In this document: in pieces, positions 19,450-29,840 of the stretch
Layout: each line of letters starts with the position of its first letter
Numbering within the stretch: the first letter of the stretch is position 1
Assembly: GCA_964618805.1 (NCBI GenBank)
Contig: CAZUBM010000006.1
Location: 22,831 to 83,028 of the forward strand
Reading direction: 5' to 3'
From: an uncultured Nitrososphaerota archaeon
Lineage (GTDB): Archaea; Korarchaeota; Korarchaeia; Korarchaeales; Korarchaeaceae
DNA length: 60,198 nucleotides
The notes under the pieces: generated by a model
What the model was told of the DNA's origin: nothing
The model's input: only the letters and a program-made list of their open reading frames with translations
Database searches by the model: none
Program-made: the position numbers and the translations under genes

Positions 19450-20163
19450 ATGTATGGCTGGAGAGCCAGGATAGGCTTGCTAATTCCATCTTCGAACACT
19501 ACAATGGAGCCGGAATTCTATAAAATGGCCCCGGAAGGGGTATCAATTCATACAACTAGAATGAAGCTTAGAGAAGTAACGGCAGAAGCACTAGTTGAAA
19601 TGGAGGAGTATGCTGAAAATGCTGCAGAGCTGCTCAAGGACGCTAAAGTCGACATAATTGTATATGGCTGCACGACTGGTAGCTTAGTAAAGGGAGTAGG
19701 ACATGACCTCAAGCTTTCAGCTAAGCTTGAAGAAGTGTCCGGAAAGCCGGTAGTAGCAACTGCTACAGCTGTAGTAAACGCTTTAAAAGAGCTTAAAGTG
19801 GAGAAAATTTGCGTCGCAACACCCTATATAGATGAGCTAGATAAGAGAGAAAAAGCCTTTCTAGAGGGAAGCGGCTTTCAAATCTTGAAGATAAAAGGAT
19901 TAGGGATAAAAGATAATACTGAGATAGGAAAACTATCGCCTACGGTAGCATACAGGCTTGCCAGAGATGTCTTTACACCTGATGCGGACTGCATGTTTAT
20001 CTCGTGCACAAACTTCAGAACGATAGAAATAATTCAAATGCTAGAGAAGGACTTAGGTATACCCGTCGTCACAAGCAATCAAGCATCAATGTGGGCAGCG
20101 TTAAAGAAATTGGGTATTTCTCAGCGGAGAAAGGGTTTTGGTAAACTGCTCGATGAGCATTAG
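19450..20163 (+). CDS. Maleate cis-trans isomerase / arylmalonate decarboxylase family
   Basis: IGLLIPSSNTTMEPE, YGCTTGS, ISCTNF and VTSNQA motifs. Confidence 0.9.
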   Translation: MYGWRARIGLLIPSSNTTMEPEFYKMAPEGVSIHTTRMKLREVTAEALVEMEEYAENAAELLKDAKVDIIVYGCTTGSLVKGVGHDLKLSAKLEEVSGKPVVATATAVVNALKELKVEKICVATPYIDELDKREKAFLEGSGFQILKIKGLGIKDNTEIGKLSPTVAYRLARDVFTPDADCMFISCTNFRTIEIIQMLEKDLGIPVVTSNQASMWAALKKLGISQRRKGFGKLLDEH

Positions 20164-20310
20164 AACATGCCACATCAGATTCTATCCTCTACAAAGATCT
20201 CGAGTTTTGAGATTAAATCATTAGATCTAGAGATCCAGAAGCTATTTAGACTTCGCTATGTTTTCCAAACAAATTCTCAATAGAGAGGTTCGCTGATAAC
20301 AGGCTACTGA

Positions 20311-21612
20311 TCATTCTTCAACAGTATACTCCTTCGCTAAAATTTGAAGGTTGATGAAGGCAATAAACCAAATAAAAGCAGCTATACAGAACGGGATGGC
20401 TGGATTTATCTCGTATAGAAAACCAGCTAAGGCAGCTGAACTCATCTGAGCTATTGTTCGAAGAATAAATCTTAACGTAGAGATTCTTGCCCTCTTACTG
20501 CTTTCAATCGTGTCGGTCCATAATGCCTCGTAGGAAGCATACCAAAGCGCATCTGGAATCGCCCAGATCATCCAAACAATAAAGGCCATCTTGAAACCCC
20601 TAGATATCACTAGTAGGAGATATAGAAGAGAGAATAGACCAGGAGAGAATCTCATAACCTTAATTCTTCCCCTTCTGTCCGATAGTATCCCTGCAATCGG
20701 CACAAGCGCGATGTAAATGAAGTTCCAGGATGCTTCAAGCACTCCCCACTCGAAACGAGTGACCCCAATCACATCAAGAGCGAAGAGAAGCCAGAAGCTG
20801 TTTGTCAAACCCCAATCCATGCCAGAAAGTACATCCAGCGCCATCATCCTTGCAAGGGAGCCCTTAAGCCATGAAATCCCCTCTGATATTCCCTTAAATG
20901 ATTCGTTTATCCCTGATAAAACGTTTCTTAGGTCTAAAGGCTCATTAGCTTTAATAGCACGATTTTTCAGGGTTTCTCTTAGGCCAAACCTTAAGGCAGC
21001 TGATATCAAATAAACAGCGCCAGTAGCAGCTAAAGTCCACCTGAGAGCAATAACTCCGAAATTTTGGTAAAGATACCCTCCGATCAATGAGCTAAATATG
21101 CCGGGGACGGACCAGCATAGGACATCTACTATTGAAAAGGTAAATGCCCTCGCTCTTTCAGGAATGGAGTCCTGAAATAAGGCATGCAATGCTGGCTGAT
21201 AAACGCGTTCGAATCCTGTCCCAATTACTGTCGCAAGGAAGTAAGGCTGCCAGCTTGTAGCCATAGCCCTTGCAAAGTAGGGAAAAGCGGCTAAGAGCGT
21301 TCCCCAAGCTACCAGGCCTTTTCTGCCCCTTTTATCAGCTATGTTTCCACCAAGTATCATGACAAGCATGCTGATCAGCGCAATCGTTGAGTTCAAAAGA
21401 CCTATTATCCTTGGAGAAGCTCCAAGCTTTCTCATGTAATCCGAACTGAACGCCCAGAAAAGTTGGCCAACGATGCCTAGTAGGATCCAGGTCGTCATTA
21501 TAACGGCTATATTATGAGATTGGAATATCTCCCGGAGAATTTCCTTCAGTTGAAACTCTTCCATGCTTTGAGCAGAGCTCAAGCTAGGCTGTGGTTTATC
21601 TTCTTGGTCCAT
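20311..21612 (-). CDS. MFS transporter
   Basis: GGNIADKRGRK and GILSDRRGRIK MFS loop motifs, ~12 TM. Confidence 0.92.
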   Translation of the reverse strand: MDQEDKPQPSLSSAQSMEEFQLKEILREIFQSHNIAVIMTTWILLGIVGQLFWAFSSDYMRKLGASPRIIGLLNSTIALISMLVMILGGNIADKRGRKGLVAWGTLLAAFPYFARAMATSWQPYFLATVIGTGFERVYQPALHALFQDSIPERARAFTFSIVDVLCWSVPGIFSSLIGGYLYQNFGVIALRWTLAATGAVYLISAALRFGLRETLKNRAIKANEPLDLRNVLSGINESFKGISEGISWLKGSLARMMALDVLSGMDWGLTNSFWLLFALDVIGVTRFEWGVLEASWNFIYIALVPIAGILSDRRGRIKVMRFSPGLFSLLYLLLVISRGFKMAFIVWMIWAIPDALWYASYEALWTDTIESSKRARISTLRFILRTIAQMSSAALAGFLYEINPAIPFCIAAFIWFIAFINLQILAKEYTVEE

Positions 21613-21897
21613 CCCTGAATCAGCCCTTAGCCAGCACAAGAAATTGTGCTTTTATAAGATTTTTCCTTTTTAAAGGGATTTTAGAATGTTGTCTCTGCTC
21701 AATCGTGTGCTCCTTATCTAATCATCATAAAAACGAGGTTTTACAAACAGTTTTTCAAGTAAAACATGCTAAGAATTTGGCTCATGAAACGAAGTTAATC
21801 TAAAGCCATATGCTTGCTTGTTTAAGTAGTAATACTTTTATGATAATAAGGTAACACGATATACATCGCTTTTGAGAAGCTTCAGAGGGGAAGTGAG

Positions 21898-22212
21898 ATG
21901 CCAAGCGATTTCGAGGTTGAGGTTAGGAAGTTTGAGGCAAGGCTTGAGAGGTTTCTTAGCAGGGATAAGGATCTAGCTGAGTCTCTGAACAGCTTCGTCA
22001 GAGAGTTAAAAGACATCTGCAATGAGCTGAATAAGATCAGGTCTGAAGCTGGTCATAAAGGACAAAAAATCGTTGAACTTAGGTTGAGGGTACTGAAGGC
22101 CCTTAATGATGCCTTCTTGAAAGAATCGGAGGTAGAACACGAAAGGAGTCATCTGCTAGAATCTTATGGCTCCCTTCTTCTTGCATTAGAGGATACACTT
22201 AAGCAAGACTAA
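21898..22212 (+). CDS. Small coiled-coil hypothetical protein
   Basis: 104-aa helical ORF with a purine-rich RBS. Confidence 0.7.
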   Translation: MPSDFEVEVRKFEARLERFLSRDKDLAESLNSFVRELKDICNELNKIRSEAGHKGQKIVELRLRVLKALNDAFLKESEVEHERSHLLESYGSLLLALEDTLKQD

Positions 22213-22366
22213 CAGATTTTCAGATAAGAAACATCTATTTCGTTTAGATATGGGATATTTGCCTCATGACTCTTCGATCTAATTCCATCGAAAATTAAGG
22301 AAAGAGGTAAATTTAAATGAGCAGAAATGCAATTTCAAGCGATTCGTCAGAAGGCAGTGATGTTGA

Positions 22367-22561
22367 ATGTGCCTACTAAAAGCTTATGTCGAAAGAGATG
22401 GAAAGAGAGAGCTTATAGCCTCAGATGTTGCATTCATATACGTTAAGGATGGAGAGGTTAGGCTAAAGAAACTGAAAGACTTGGAGGAATTAGTCCTTAA
22501 GAATGTTAGGCTCTCCGCTTTGGATGCACTTAATTCCATTGTAATCTTTGAGAGCAAGTAA
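22367..22561 (+). CDS. cooT: CooT-family nickel-binding protein
   Basis: 64 aa, N-terminal MC motif, directly upstream of CooC. Confidence 0.8.
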   Translation: MCLLKAYVERDGKRELIASDVAFIYVKDGEVRLKKLKDLEELVLKNVRLSALDALNSIVIFESK

Positions 22562-22609
22562 TGAGATCAAATTAAATACATTTTCGTTCGAAGGTACAAT
22601 GAACTTGGA

Positions 22610-23371
22610 ATGAAAATAATGGTTTGTGGGAAGGGTGGAACGGGAAAGTCTGCCCTATCAGTGCTGATGGCTCGCCTTCTTTCTGATAAGTACAAGGTTT
22701 ATCTCATCGATTCGGATGAGTCAAATGAACTGCTTCCAAAGATGCTTGGAACGAGCTCTCCAAGACCCCTAGCGGAATACCTTGGCGGGAAACAGAAAAT
22801 ATTCAAGATCGGAGAGATAAACATAGTAAAGGCCTTAGAAACTGCTAGTGGTGGGATAAAACCAGGTGCTCTCCCAGAAGAATATGTTTCAAGATCTTCT
22901 GAGGGAATTGGGCTATTAACCATCGGAAAAGTCAGGAAGCTTGGAGAAGGTTGTGCCTGCCCTTTCAATTTCCTCACAAAGGTTTTCCTGAAGAATCTCA
23001 GGCTAGATCAAGGAGAAATAGTGTTAGTGGACACAGATGCTGGTATAGAGCACATCGGAAGGGGAGTAGAGGAGGGATCCGATGGAGTTCTGGCTGTTGC
23101 AGACCCTACCGTTGAGTCTCTAACTTTAGCTAAAATCCTTAAAGATAACTGTGAGGCCGGGGCTAAAGATTTCTGGCTTGTTCTTAACAAAGTGACTCCA
23201 GAAATTTCAGATATTTTGAAAAAGATGGCGAAAAGAATGGGTCTTGAAGTTACTGGCGTCGTGAGGTATGATCCCCAAATCTTCAGATCTTCCCTTGAAG
23301 GGAGCAAGCTTAAGGCTGGAGAAGCATTAAATGATGTCAAGCTTTTGTTAGAACACATGAATCTCCTTTAA
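22610..23371 (+). CDS. cooC: CooC-family nickel-insertion ATPase
   Basis: GKGGTGKS, GCACP (CXC) and VDTDAGIEHIGRG motifs. Confidence 0.9.
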   Translation: MKIMVCGKGGTGKSALSVLMARLLSDKYKVYLIDSDESNELLPKMLGTSSPRPLAEYLGGKQKIFKIGEINIVKALETASGGIKPGALPEEYVSRSSEGIGLLTIGKVRKLGEGCACPFNFLTKVFLKNLRLDQGEIVLVDTDAGIEHIGRGVEEGSDGVLAVADPTVESLTLAKILKDNCEAGAKDFWLVLNKVTPEISDILKKMAKRMGLEVTGVVRYDPQIFRSSLEGSKLKAGEALNDVKLLLEHMNLL

Positions 23372-23460
23372 TAGCAATTTAAGCATTGCTTAGAAGGCTT
23401 CTAATGAGGATCCAAAGAATAGAATGAAGGAAGAAGTATTGGTCTGTTTAGGTTACGAAG

Positions 23461-24585
23461 TTACAGCGAAAGTAGGTTATCTAGCTCTTTCATGAACTTC
23501 TTCTCTATTCTCTTCTTTAACCAGTAGGGGAGCCTCCCCAGAAATGAAAACTTAGGCCCATAGGTCATGATAGCCATGCCTCCGCCTAAGGAAACTAGAC
23601 ATTTAGGACTATCAGTGCTGAACCTAATCTTATGAGGTCTCAGATCCTTTCCTACTAGGTCCCTCCATATGTTCTCAGCGATGGTCTCACCCTGATACAT
23701 CGCTTCCTCAGCCATTTTAGCTGCCCATTTTCCCTCTATCTCTAGGTGAATGCAGTCCCCAGCCGCATACATGTTCTCTGCCTCTGCAACCCTAAGGAAG
23801 CTATCCACTGCCAAAAATCTCGCTCTTCTGTGTTTCTTTGAAAGGATCTTCACAGGTCCTGGAGGGACTACCCCTGCTGTCCAAGCTGCTGCAGAGAACT
23901 CAATTCTATCCCCTCCCTCAAGCTGAGCTACGCCTTCTTCTATCTCCTTAACACCTTTTCCCAGAAGAAACTTAACTCCTCTTCTCTCTAAGAATGATCT
24001 TGCTTTCTCTCCAGCAGATCTGTTGTTCATGCAAGGAGCAGGCCTCTGAAGCTTCTCTACTATCACTATATCTAAGTCCTGCCCGGATCTTAGAGAAAAA
24101 TCCACGACCTCACCAGCAACCTCAACTCCAGTCAAACCAGCTCCAACAATTAGTATAGTCCCAGAAGCTTCCTTTAGCAGTTCCCTAAATCTCATGGTGT
24201 CCCAAATCCTGTAAGTTGTAGATGCGTTCTTCGGAAGCTCTCCAGGAGTCCAAGGTTCTGCTCCCAGGCATACTGCAAGATAATCGTACTTTATCCTTTC
24301 ACCGCTATCTAATGCTATGCTCATGGAGCTTGGATCTATGCTACTGACACTAGCTTTAACAAAGTCTATGCCAAGAGAACGAAGAGGGTCTCTAAGATCT
24401 CTCATTATGTGTTCAGGTTTTACCTTATCTGACACCAGTTCGGGAGCTGAGGGCAGATATTCGAATATGCCGGTCTTAGAGATGAATGTCGTCTCAAGCT
24501 GGTTTAACAGATCATGTTTAATGAGTCCTTTGAGGACTCCAATGCCAGCAAAACCGGTCCCAAGAACGACTAGGTGTTTCTTCAT
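23461..24585 (-). CDS. FAD-dependent oxidoreductase (NDH-2/SQR-like)
   Basis: VVLGTGFAG, IVGAGLTGVEVAGE, WTAG and YAAGD motifs. Confidence 0.85.
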   Translation of the reverse strand: MKKHLVVLGTGFAGIGVLKGLIKHDLLNQLETTFISKTGIFEYLPSAPELVSDKVKPEHIMRDLRDPLRSLGIDFVKASVSSIDPSSMSIALDSGERIKYDYLAVCLGAEPWTPGELPKNASTTYRIWDTMRFRELLKEASGTILIVGAGLTGVEVAGEVVDFSLRSGQDLDIVIVEKLQRPAPCMNNRSAGEKARSFLERRGVKFLLGKGVKEIEEGVAQLEGGDRIEFSAAAWTAGVVPPGPVKILSKKHRRARFLAVDSFLRVAEAENMYAAGDCIHLEIEGKWAAKMAEEAMYQGETIAENIWRDLVGKDLRPHKIRFSTDSPKCLVSLGGGMAIMTYGPKFSFLGRLPYWLKKRIEKKFMKELDNLLSL

Positions 24586-24880
24586 CGATCTTTCACCCTT
24601 CGGGCAGAGTTAAAAATCTTAATTTTTAGATCACTCCGCAAGGAGCAAGCAGTTTCATCCATAAAGCAAGATGTAGAAGATCTTTCAACCAAATAATCCC
24701 ATTAAATCGAGTGAAATGCCCCTTTACGCTAAATATATGGAATGGGAAAAAAGGAATTTTTAGGGCTAATACATCGTTAGAAGAAAAACTGGTTTTAAGG
24801 ATGAAATCGAAGGCTTGGAGCCTGAGGTAGATTTGAAAGAGTTAAAGACTAGGGAGCATTTTAGTTAGGAAAGGGAGGCT

Positions 24881-25495
24881 TTGTGCTGCTTGATGATGAG
24901 ATGGAAGGAGGATGATTTACTCGTTGGAGGAAAGGCCCTTATTGAATCGCCTGAGGAGATGGACTTATCCTACCTCATGAAATCACGCATATTATACGTT
25001 AGAGAAGCTTATCCTTCAGTAGTGCTTGATTCCATCGGTTTAGCTAGAAAAGGCGGGATTTCTTTAATCTCAAATCTTGGCGTGAACTTAAGCTTATTTG
25101 GCCGTGAGGCCTTGAAGATAGCTGCAATGAGCGATCTTGTTTTAGTGGGTTCAAGGGAGCTTTCCTTGCTGGGTGACGACATAGTGGGAGAAGCGATATC
25201 TATCCTAAAGCGGGGCCCAAAGGCAATTATTGTGACAATGGGATCAAAAGGTTCTATGCTTGTTAAAGAAGATGGGATTAAGAAGGTTTCAGCGTTCAAA
25301 ACGAAGGTTATAGACACAACAGGGGCAGGAGATGTCTTTACAGCTGGTTTTATTTTCGGGCTTCTCAAGGGTTGGGACCTCTTAACCTGCATGAGATTTG
25401 GAAGCGCAGCAGCTGCCATTAAAGTAGGTAGCTTCGGCGCTAGGAGTGGTCTTCCGACAGAGAAAGAGGTCATGGGGTTCCTATCTCGTCATTGA
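24881..25495 (+). pseudogene. N-terminally truncated PfkB kinase (paralogue of 36913-37848)
   Basis: Aligns from GGKAL onward with the full PfkB gene; DTTGAGD present, N-terminal ~115 aa absent. Confidence 0.8.
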
Positions 25496-25617
25496 TATCG
25501 ATACCCGATTCTTAGGAGATAATTTCATCTTAAAAGCATTGTTTTGAGTTGTTAGGAAGTCTCATCATCCAGAAGAAAAACAGAAATATTATCAGCATCC
25601 AATTGTTAAGTTTGAAG

Positions 25618-28104
25618 ATGCGTCGTCTAGCATTGCTATTTATCCTGCTTCTAATTCCGGTTCAAGTGAGCTTATCATCTCCAGAGACGGGCTGGTGGGA
25701 CAAAAGTTGGTACTACAGGATTCCAGTGATCGTGACATCGGATACAGACTTAGATGGCCTTGTATCTGTTAAGATCAATCTCACCCACCTTATGAAGGAA
25801 CTAAAGGTCAATGAGGAAGTAGATCTGGGTTCGTTAAGAGTTATCTATGAATCTAAAGAAGTTCCATTCCTCATATCGTTTAAAGAGGAGACTAAAATCG
25901 ATGATATGGAGGGTTCCCTCGATAACTGGGAGTTATCAGGACAGATAGTTTCTGAGAAATCAGAAGACTCTGCTGAAGGATCTTACTCCCTTAAATTTAG
26001 AAAGGGGACTTTAAAGGATGCTCACAATGTTTTGAGACTTGATCAGCATGTCTTGAGAGGAAGTAACGTGATATCCTTCTTAGCAAAAGGGAAGTTTGTG
26101 GTGGTGTTAAGGGATAAGAGCTTTCCGATAGAGATATCAAGGGTAGAGGTATCGTCAGATGAGTACAGAAGATATTTTCTCCAATATAACCCGGACCTGC
26201 TGCTCAGCGGAAGGGAGTATGCTCTCTTCTTCATTCCGAGGGATTATCTCACCCATAACTACGTAGATGATGTAAAGTTTGCTTCTGGGAACGCCGTAGT
26301 TAAGTGGAGAGCATCTGTTTCAGCTGGACAGAAGAAGGTCTTTCACATTTACTTTGACACGTTAGAAAGAGGGCCGAAATCAATTTCCTTCTACGCTGTT
26401 CAGGGAACAGAAAGAGAATTTTCGGTTAAATTGGGAGATCCAGAAGGTTTTAGAACAATAATCAAATTAAAGGAAGGGTCGGTTTTTTCAGGTAACGTCG
26501 AGATAAGGGCTTTAGTTCTTGAAAACCTGTCGAACATAGTTAAGGTTCAGTACAGGATAGATTACACAGAGAACTTGAGCTGGGATTCAAGTTTGGGATT
26601 GATGGGCGAGATGCATTTCAAACAAGGTGAGTGGGTAGGAGAATTCGATACCACAAGAACTTATGATGGGTTGCACTTCATTACGGTTAAGGCGTTTGAG
26701 GAGGGGGGTAGGGTCGCCACCGCGAGGGTTAAGATTTACGTCAGAAATGTTCAGTATGAAGAGCCAGTAAATCTAAATCCTGAAGCAGAGGAGTTTACTT
26801 TTTGCGTTCTGGGAGATAATAGACCGGGTTCTTCAAAGAGCCCAATGCCTCAGATATTCTGGCAAATTACTCAGGCCATTTGTGAGGAAAATCCCGACAT
26901 GGTCTTCAATACCGGCGACATAGTTTATGCGGGGGAGTTCAAGGAATATGTTAGGTTTAGGGAGGTTGTCAGTCAGTTAAATTGCCCACTTTTCATAGCT
27001 AGAGGAAATCATGAGGTTTCGATAGGAAAGGCTGGAGAGAATAACTTCAGGTATTTCTTTGATGTTCCAGGCTTTTCTTACAATTCTTATTATTCATTTG
27101 ACTACGGAAAATCTCATTTCATCATCCTTAACGCCAACATACAGGAACACAAGTACTCGGTGAACGAGCCCCAACTTACGTGGTTCATAAATGACATAAG
27201 GGCAAACAGGGATGCAGAGCACGTATTCATATTCATTCATCAGCCGATATATGAGTACGCCCATGGACTTGAGAATGAGACATCCGAGAGGATCCTTGAG
27301 GAGACCATTGAGGAAAATGCCTTCTATCCCGGCAGAATTTACGTATTTCAGGGTCATGAGCACATGTACTATTGCAGCACGTCTAATAACGTCACATCAT
27401 ACATAACTGGTGGTGGAGGAGCTGAGCTAGATCCCCAATATCCAAAAGAGACCTTGTTCTTCCACTTCTTGAAGGTGAGGGTGAAAGGTCCTAGGGTGAG
27501 CATCGAAGTTGTCAAGCCCCTGGTCCTTGAGATAAATGATCCAAAAACTAGCGAGGTTCACTCTCCTGAGCCTTACTTGAGGATTAGAGGGAGAACCCAG
27601 ACCGAATGCAAGCTGACGATAAATGGAAAAGAGGTCGAAATCTCCCCTACAGGGGTTTTTGAAACGAGGTTCAAGCTCTCGGCTGGAAAGAATGAGATAT
27701 CGATTAAGGTCGAAGATCCAAGAACTGGGGAGAGCCTTTCAAAGGAGATAACTGCTTTTTACGAACCTCCTCTAGAAATCAACCTTCCAGATACTCTGAA
27801 GTCGGATTCTGAGGTAGAGGTTAAGGTTACATCAGCTGGAAGACCAGTGGAGGGAGTTGTTCTCATAATTGATGACCAAAGGGCTACTACTGATTCCTCG
27901 GGCCTTGCTAAGATTCGTGTTCCAAAAGTAGCTGAAGAGAAGAAGCTAGTCTTAGTAGCTTCGAAAGAGGGATACACTGACTTTGTCAAGATAGTTTCGG
28001 TAACTTCAGGGATTTCGTTGCCCAGCGCGTGGAAACTGGTGATCTTAGGAATCATTTTAGCGCTTCTTCTGGTACTATCTTTCATAATAAAAAGGAGAAA
28101 GTAG
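25618..28104 (+). CDS. Cell-surface calcineurin-like metallophosphoesterase with Ig-like domains
   Basis: Signal peptide, WW..W.YR N-terminal motif, GDNR / TGDIV / GNHE / H / GHEH metal motifs, C-terminal TM plus KRRK. Confidence 0.88.
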   Translation: MRRLALLFILLLIPVQVSLSSPETGWWDKSWYYRIPVIVTSDTDLDGLVSVKINLTHLMKELKVNEEVDLGSLRVIYESKEVPFLISFKEETKIDDMEGSLDNWELSGQIVSEKSEDSAEGSYSLKFRKGTLKDAHNVLRLDQHVLRGSNVISFLAKGKFVVVLRDKSFPIEISRVEVSSDEYRRYFLQYNPDLLLSGREYALFFIPRDYLTHNYVDDVKFASGNAVVKWRASVSAGQKKVFHIYFDTLERGPKSISFYAVQGTEREFSVKLGDPEGFRTIIKLKEGSVFSGNVEIRALVLENLSNIVKVQYRIDYTENLSWDSSLGLMGEMHFKQGEWVGEFDTTRTYDGLHFITVKAFEEGGRVATARVKIYVRNVQYEEPVNLNPEAEEFTFCVLGDNRPGSSKSPMPQIFWQITQAICEENPDMVFNTGDIVYAGEFKEYVRFREVVSQLNCPLFIARGNHEVSIGKAGENNFRYFFDVPGFSYNSYYSFDYGKSHFIILNANIQEHKYSVNEPQLTWFINDIRANRDAEHVFIFIHQPIYEYAHGLENETSERILEETIEENAFYPGRIYVFQGHEHMYYCSTSNNVTSYITGGGGAELDPQYPKETLFFHFLKVRVKGPRVSIEVVKPLVLEINDPKTSEVHSPEPYLRIRGRTQTECKLTINGKEVEISPTGVFETRFKLSAGKNEISIKVEDPRTGESLSKEITAFYEPPLEINLPDTLKSDSEVEVKVTSAGRPVEGVVLIIDDQRATTDSSGLAKIRVPKVAEEKKLVLVASKEGYTDFVKIVSVTSGISLPSAWKLVILGIILALLLVLSFIIKRRK

Positions 28105-28337
28105 AGAATTCATCAGTTGTCTAGGGCTTGCGAATGAAATAAGATGAGAAGGAATAATCTTTCAAGAAGTAAAATAGGTTAAGCTAAAGCCGAAAAGCTC
28201 GTATAGGTTTGAAATTCTCATACTATGAGTAAGGGGAGAGATCCTATGCCTTTTTGTTCAAAGATTGAAGAAGTGCGTTTGAAGTTTTGGGTGATAGCCT
28301 TTTGAAAGGAAAAATATAGTTGCAGCTGTCGTATTAC

Positions 28338-28482
28338 GGCGCTTGTTGTAATAGGAGGATTTTACACTTATATGCAAATGACTAAGCCAAAACATCCTAC
28401 AGGAGAAGTTGTTTTAGTAGTTAAAGGCAAAATAACTAGGACAAATTTAGGAAACGAATATCACTTCGACCTTGCTATGCTC
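28338..28482 (+). pseudogene. 5' remnant of a paralogue of the 51233-51772 gene
   Basis: ALVVIGGFYTYMQMTKPKHPTGEVVLVVKGKITRTNLGNEYHFDLAML versus ILVAIGGFYSYQQMTKPKSPTGEVVLKVKGKITRTNVGNEYHFDLAML. Confidence 0.88.
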
Positions 28483-28730
28483 CTTTTTATTTCGCCTCCT
28501 TGCTTCTACTTTCGAATGATTAGCAAGGAGTCTAGGAACTAAACGTCTCAGGCACTAGTAAGAAAATGTTAGAGGTATTCTCTTGCCTAAGTTGCATAGG
28601 ATTCAGCTTCAGAGTACTCAAGGGAGTATAGCCAAAATACAGCACGAATATCTTACAAGACCAGATCTTAGAAGCTCCTTGAGCTACTCATAAACTTTTA
28701 GAATTTTAGATATTCTAGTGCTTGAGTCCC

Positions 28731-29840
28731 ATGTCCTCCCTTCTTAGCACCTCAATAGGAGAACTTGAACTGTCAAGCCCTGTAATAGTCGCTTCAGGCC
28801 CGTTGACCTCCAGCCCTGAGAGCGTTAAAAGGTTAATTCCATACAAACCAGCCGCAATCGTGACTAAGACCATAGCAATAAGACCTGCTAGACCACCAAA
28901 GCCTAATATACTCAGGTTATCCAGATTTTCTCTCCTCAATTGCGAGGATTGGTCCGATAGAAGTCCAGATTACTGGGCTGAGGAGGGGATTCCCAAGATA
29001 AAGAAGCTTGGTACTACAGTAATAGCCAGCATCGTTAGCCTGTCTAGGAAAGGGGAGGAGATGGGTTATCTGGCTAGGAGGATGACGGAAGCTGGAGCTG
29101 ATGCAATAGAGGTGACCTGTCTCTACGACCCCGCTTACCTACCAGATCACCTAAGGGCAGTTAGATCAGAATCTGATCTCCCAATACTTGCTAAGATATC
29201 AATCCCTGAACTTAGAGACGAGTACGTTCTGAGAATGGGGAGGAGAATAATGGAAACTGGCATCGATGCCATAGTTGTCAGCGACACATATGGTCCGTGC
29301 CTCCATGTGGACATAACGACAGGAGAACCCTTCTTAGGCAAGAAGGATGGATCTGGGAGGCTTTCAGGCCCAGCGATAAAACCCTTTACCATGTACTTTA
29401 CCGCTTTACTGGCTAGAGAACTCAAAGCAACTGTGATTTCTTGTGGAGGGATCTCCAGATGGGAGGACGTGATAGAAGCCGTGTTGCTTGGAGCTTCGGC
29501 CACAGAGATATGCACTGCAATTCTATTGGAAGGAATTGAGGTTATTGGAAGGATCTTAGAAGGTCTCTCAGAATATCTCAATAGAAGGGGGGAATCCATC
29601 CAAGAACTCAAAGGAAAAGCGCTTGAGAGAATTAAAAATAGGTTGCAACTCCCAGAACCAATAAGAGTGGGTCCTCCGAAGATAGATGTATCATCCTGTA
29701 CTGGATGTGGTCTCTGTGCGAAATCCTGTCCTGTAGGAGCCATATATATGGAGAAGGAAAAGGCATTTATAGGAAAATCCTGTGAAGCCTGTGGTTTGTG
29801 CGTTTCTGTTTGTCCAGCGAAGGCAATAGGGTGGTCCTAA
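28731..29840 (+). CDS. Dihydropyrimidine/dihydroorotate dehydrogenase-like FMN protein with C-terminal 2x[4Fe-4S] (PreA-like)
   Basis: VASGPLT, IVTKT, LSGPAIKP and GGI..WED motifs, plus two CxxCxxCxxxCP motifs. Confidence 0.85.
   Translation: MSSLLSTSIGELELSSPVIVASGPLTSSPESVKRLIPYKPAAIVTKTIAIRPARPPKPNILRLSRFSLLNCEDWSDRSPDYWAEEGIPKIKKLGTTVIASIVSLSRKGEEMGYLARRMTEAGADAIEVTCLYDPAYLPDHLRAVRSESDLPILAKISIPELRDEYVLRMGRRIMETGIDAIVVSDTYGPCLHVDITTGEPFLGKKDGSGRLSGPAIKPFTMYFTALLARELKATVISCGGISRWEDVIEAVLLGASATEICTAILLEGIEVIGRILEGLSEYLNRRGESIQELKGKALERIKNRLQLPEPIRVGPPKIDVSSCTGCGLCAKSCPVGAIYMEKEKAFIGKSCEACGLCVSVCPAKAIGWS

Noticed and set aside
21829-21857. GTAATAC-N15-GTAACAC as a NikR-type operator upstream of the cooT/cooC region
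   Set aside because: Plausible context, but spacing and symmetry cannot be validated from recall.
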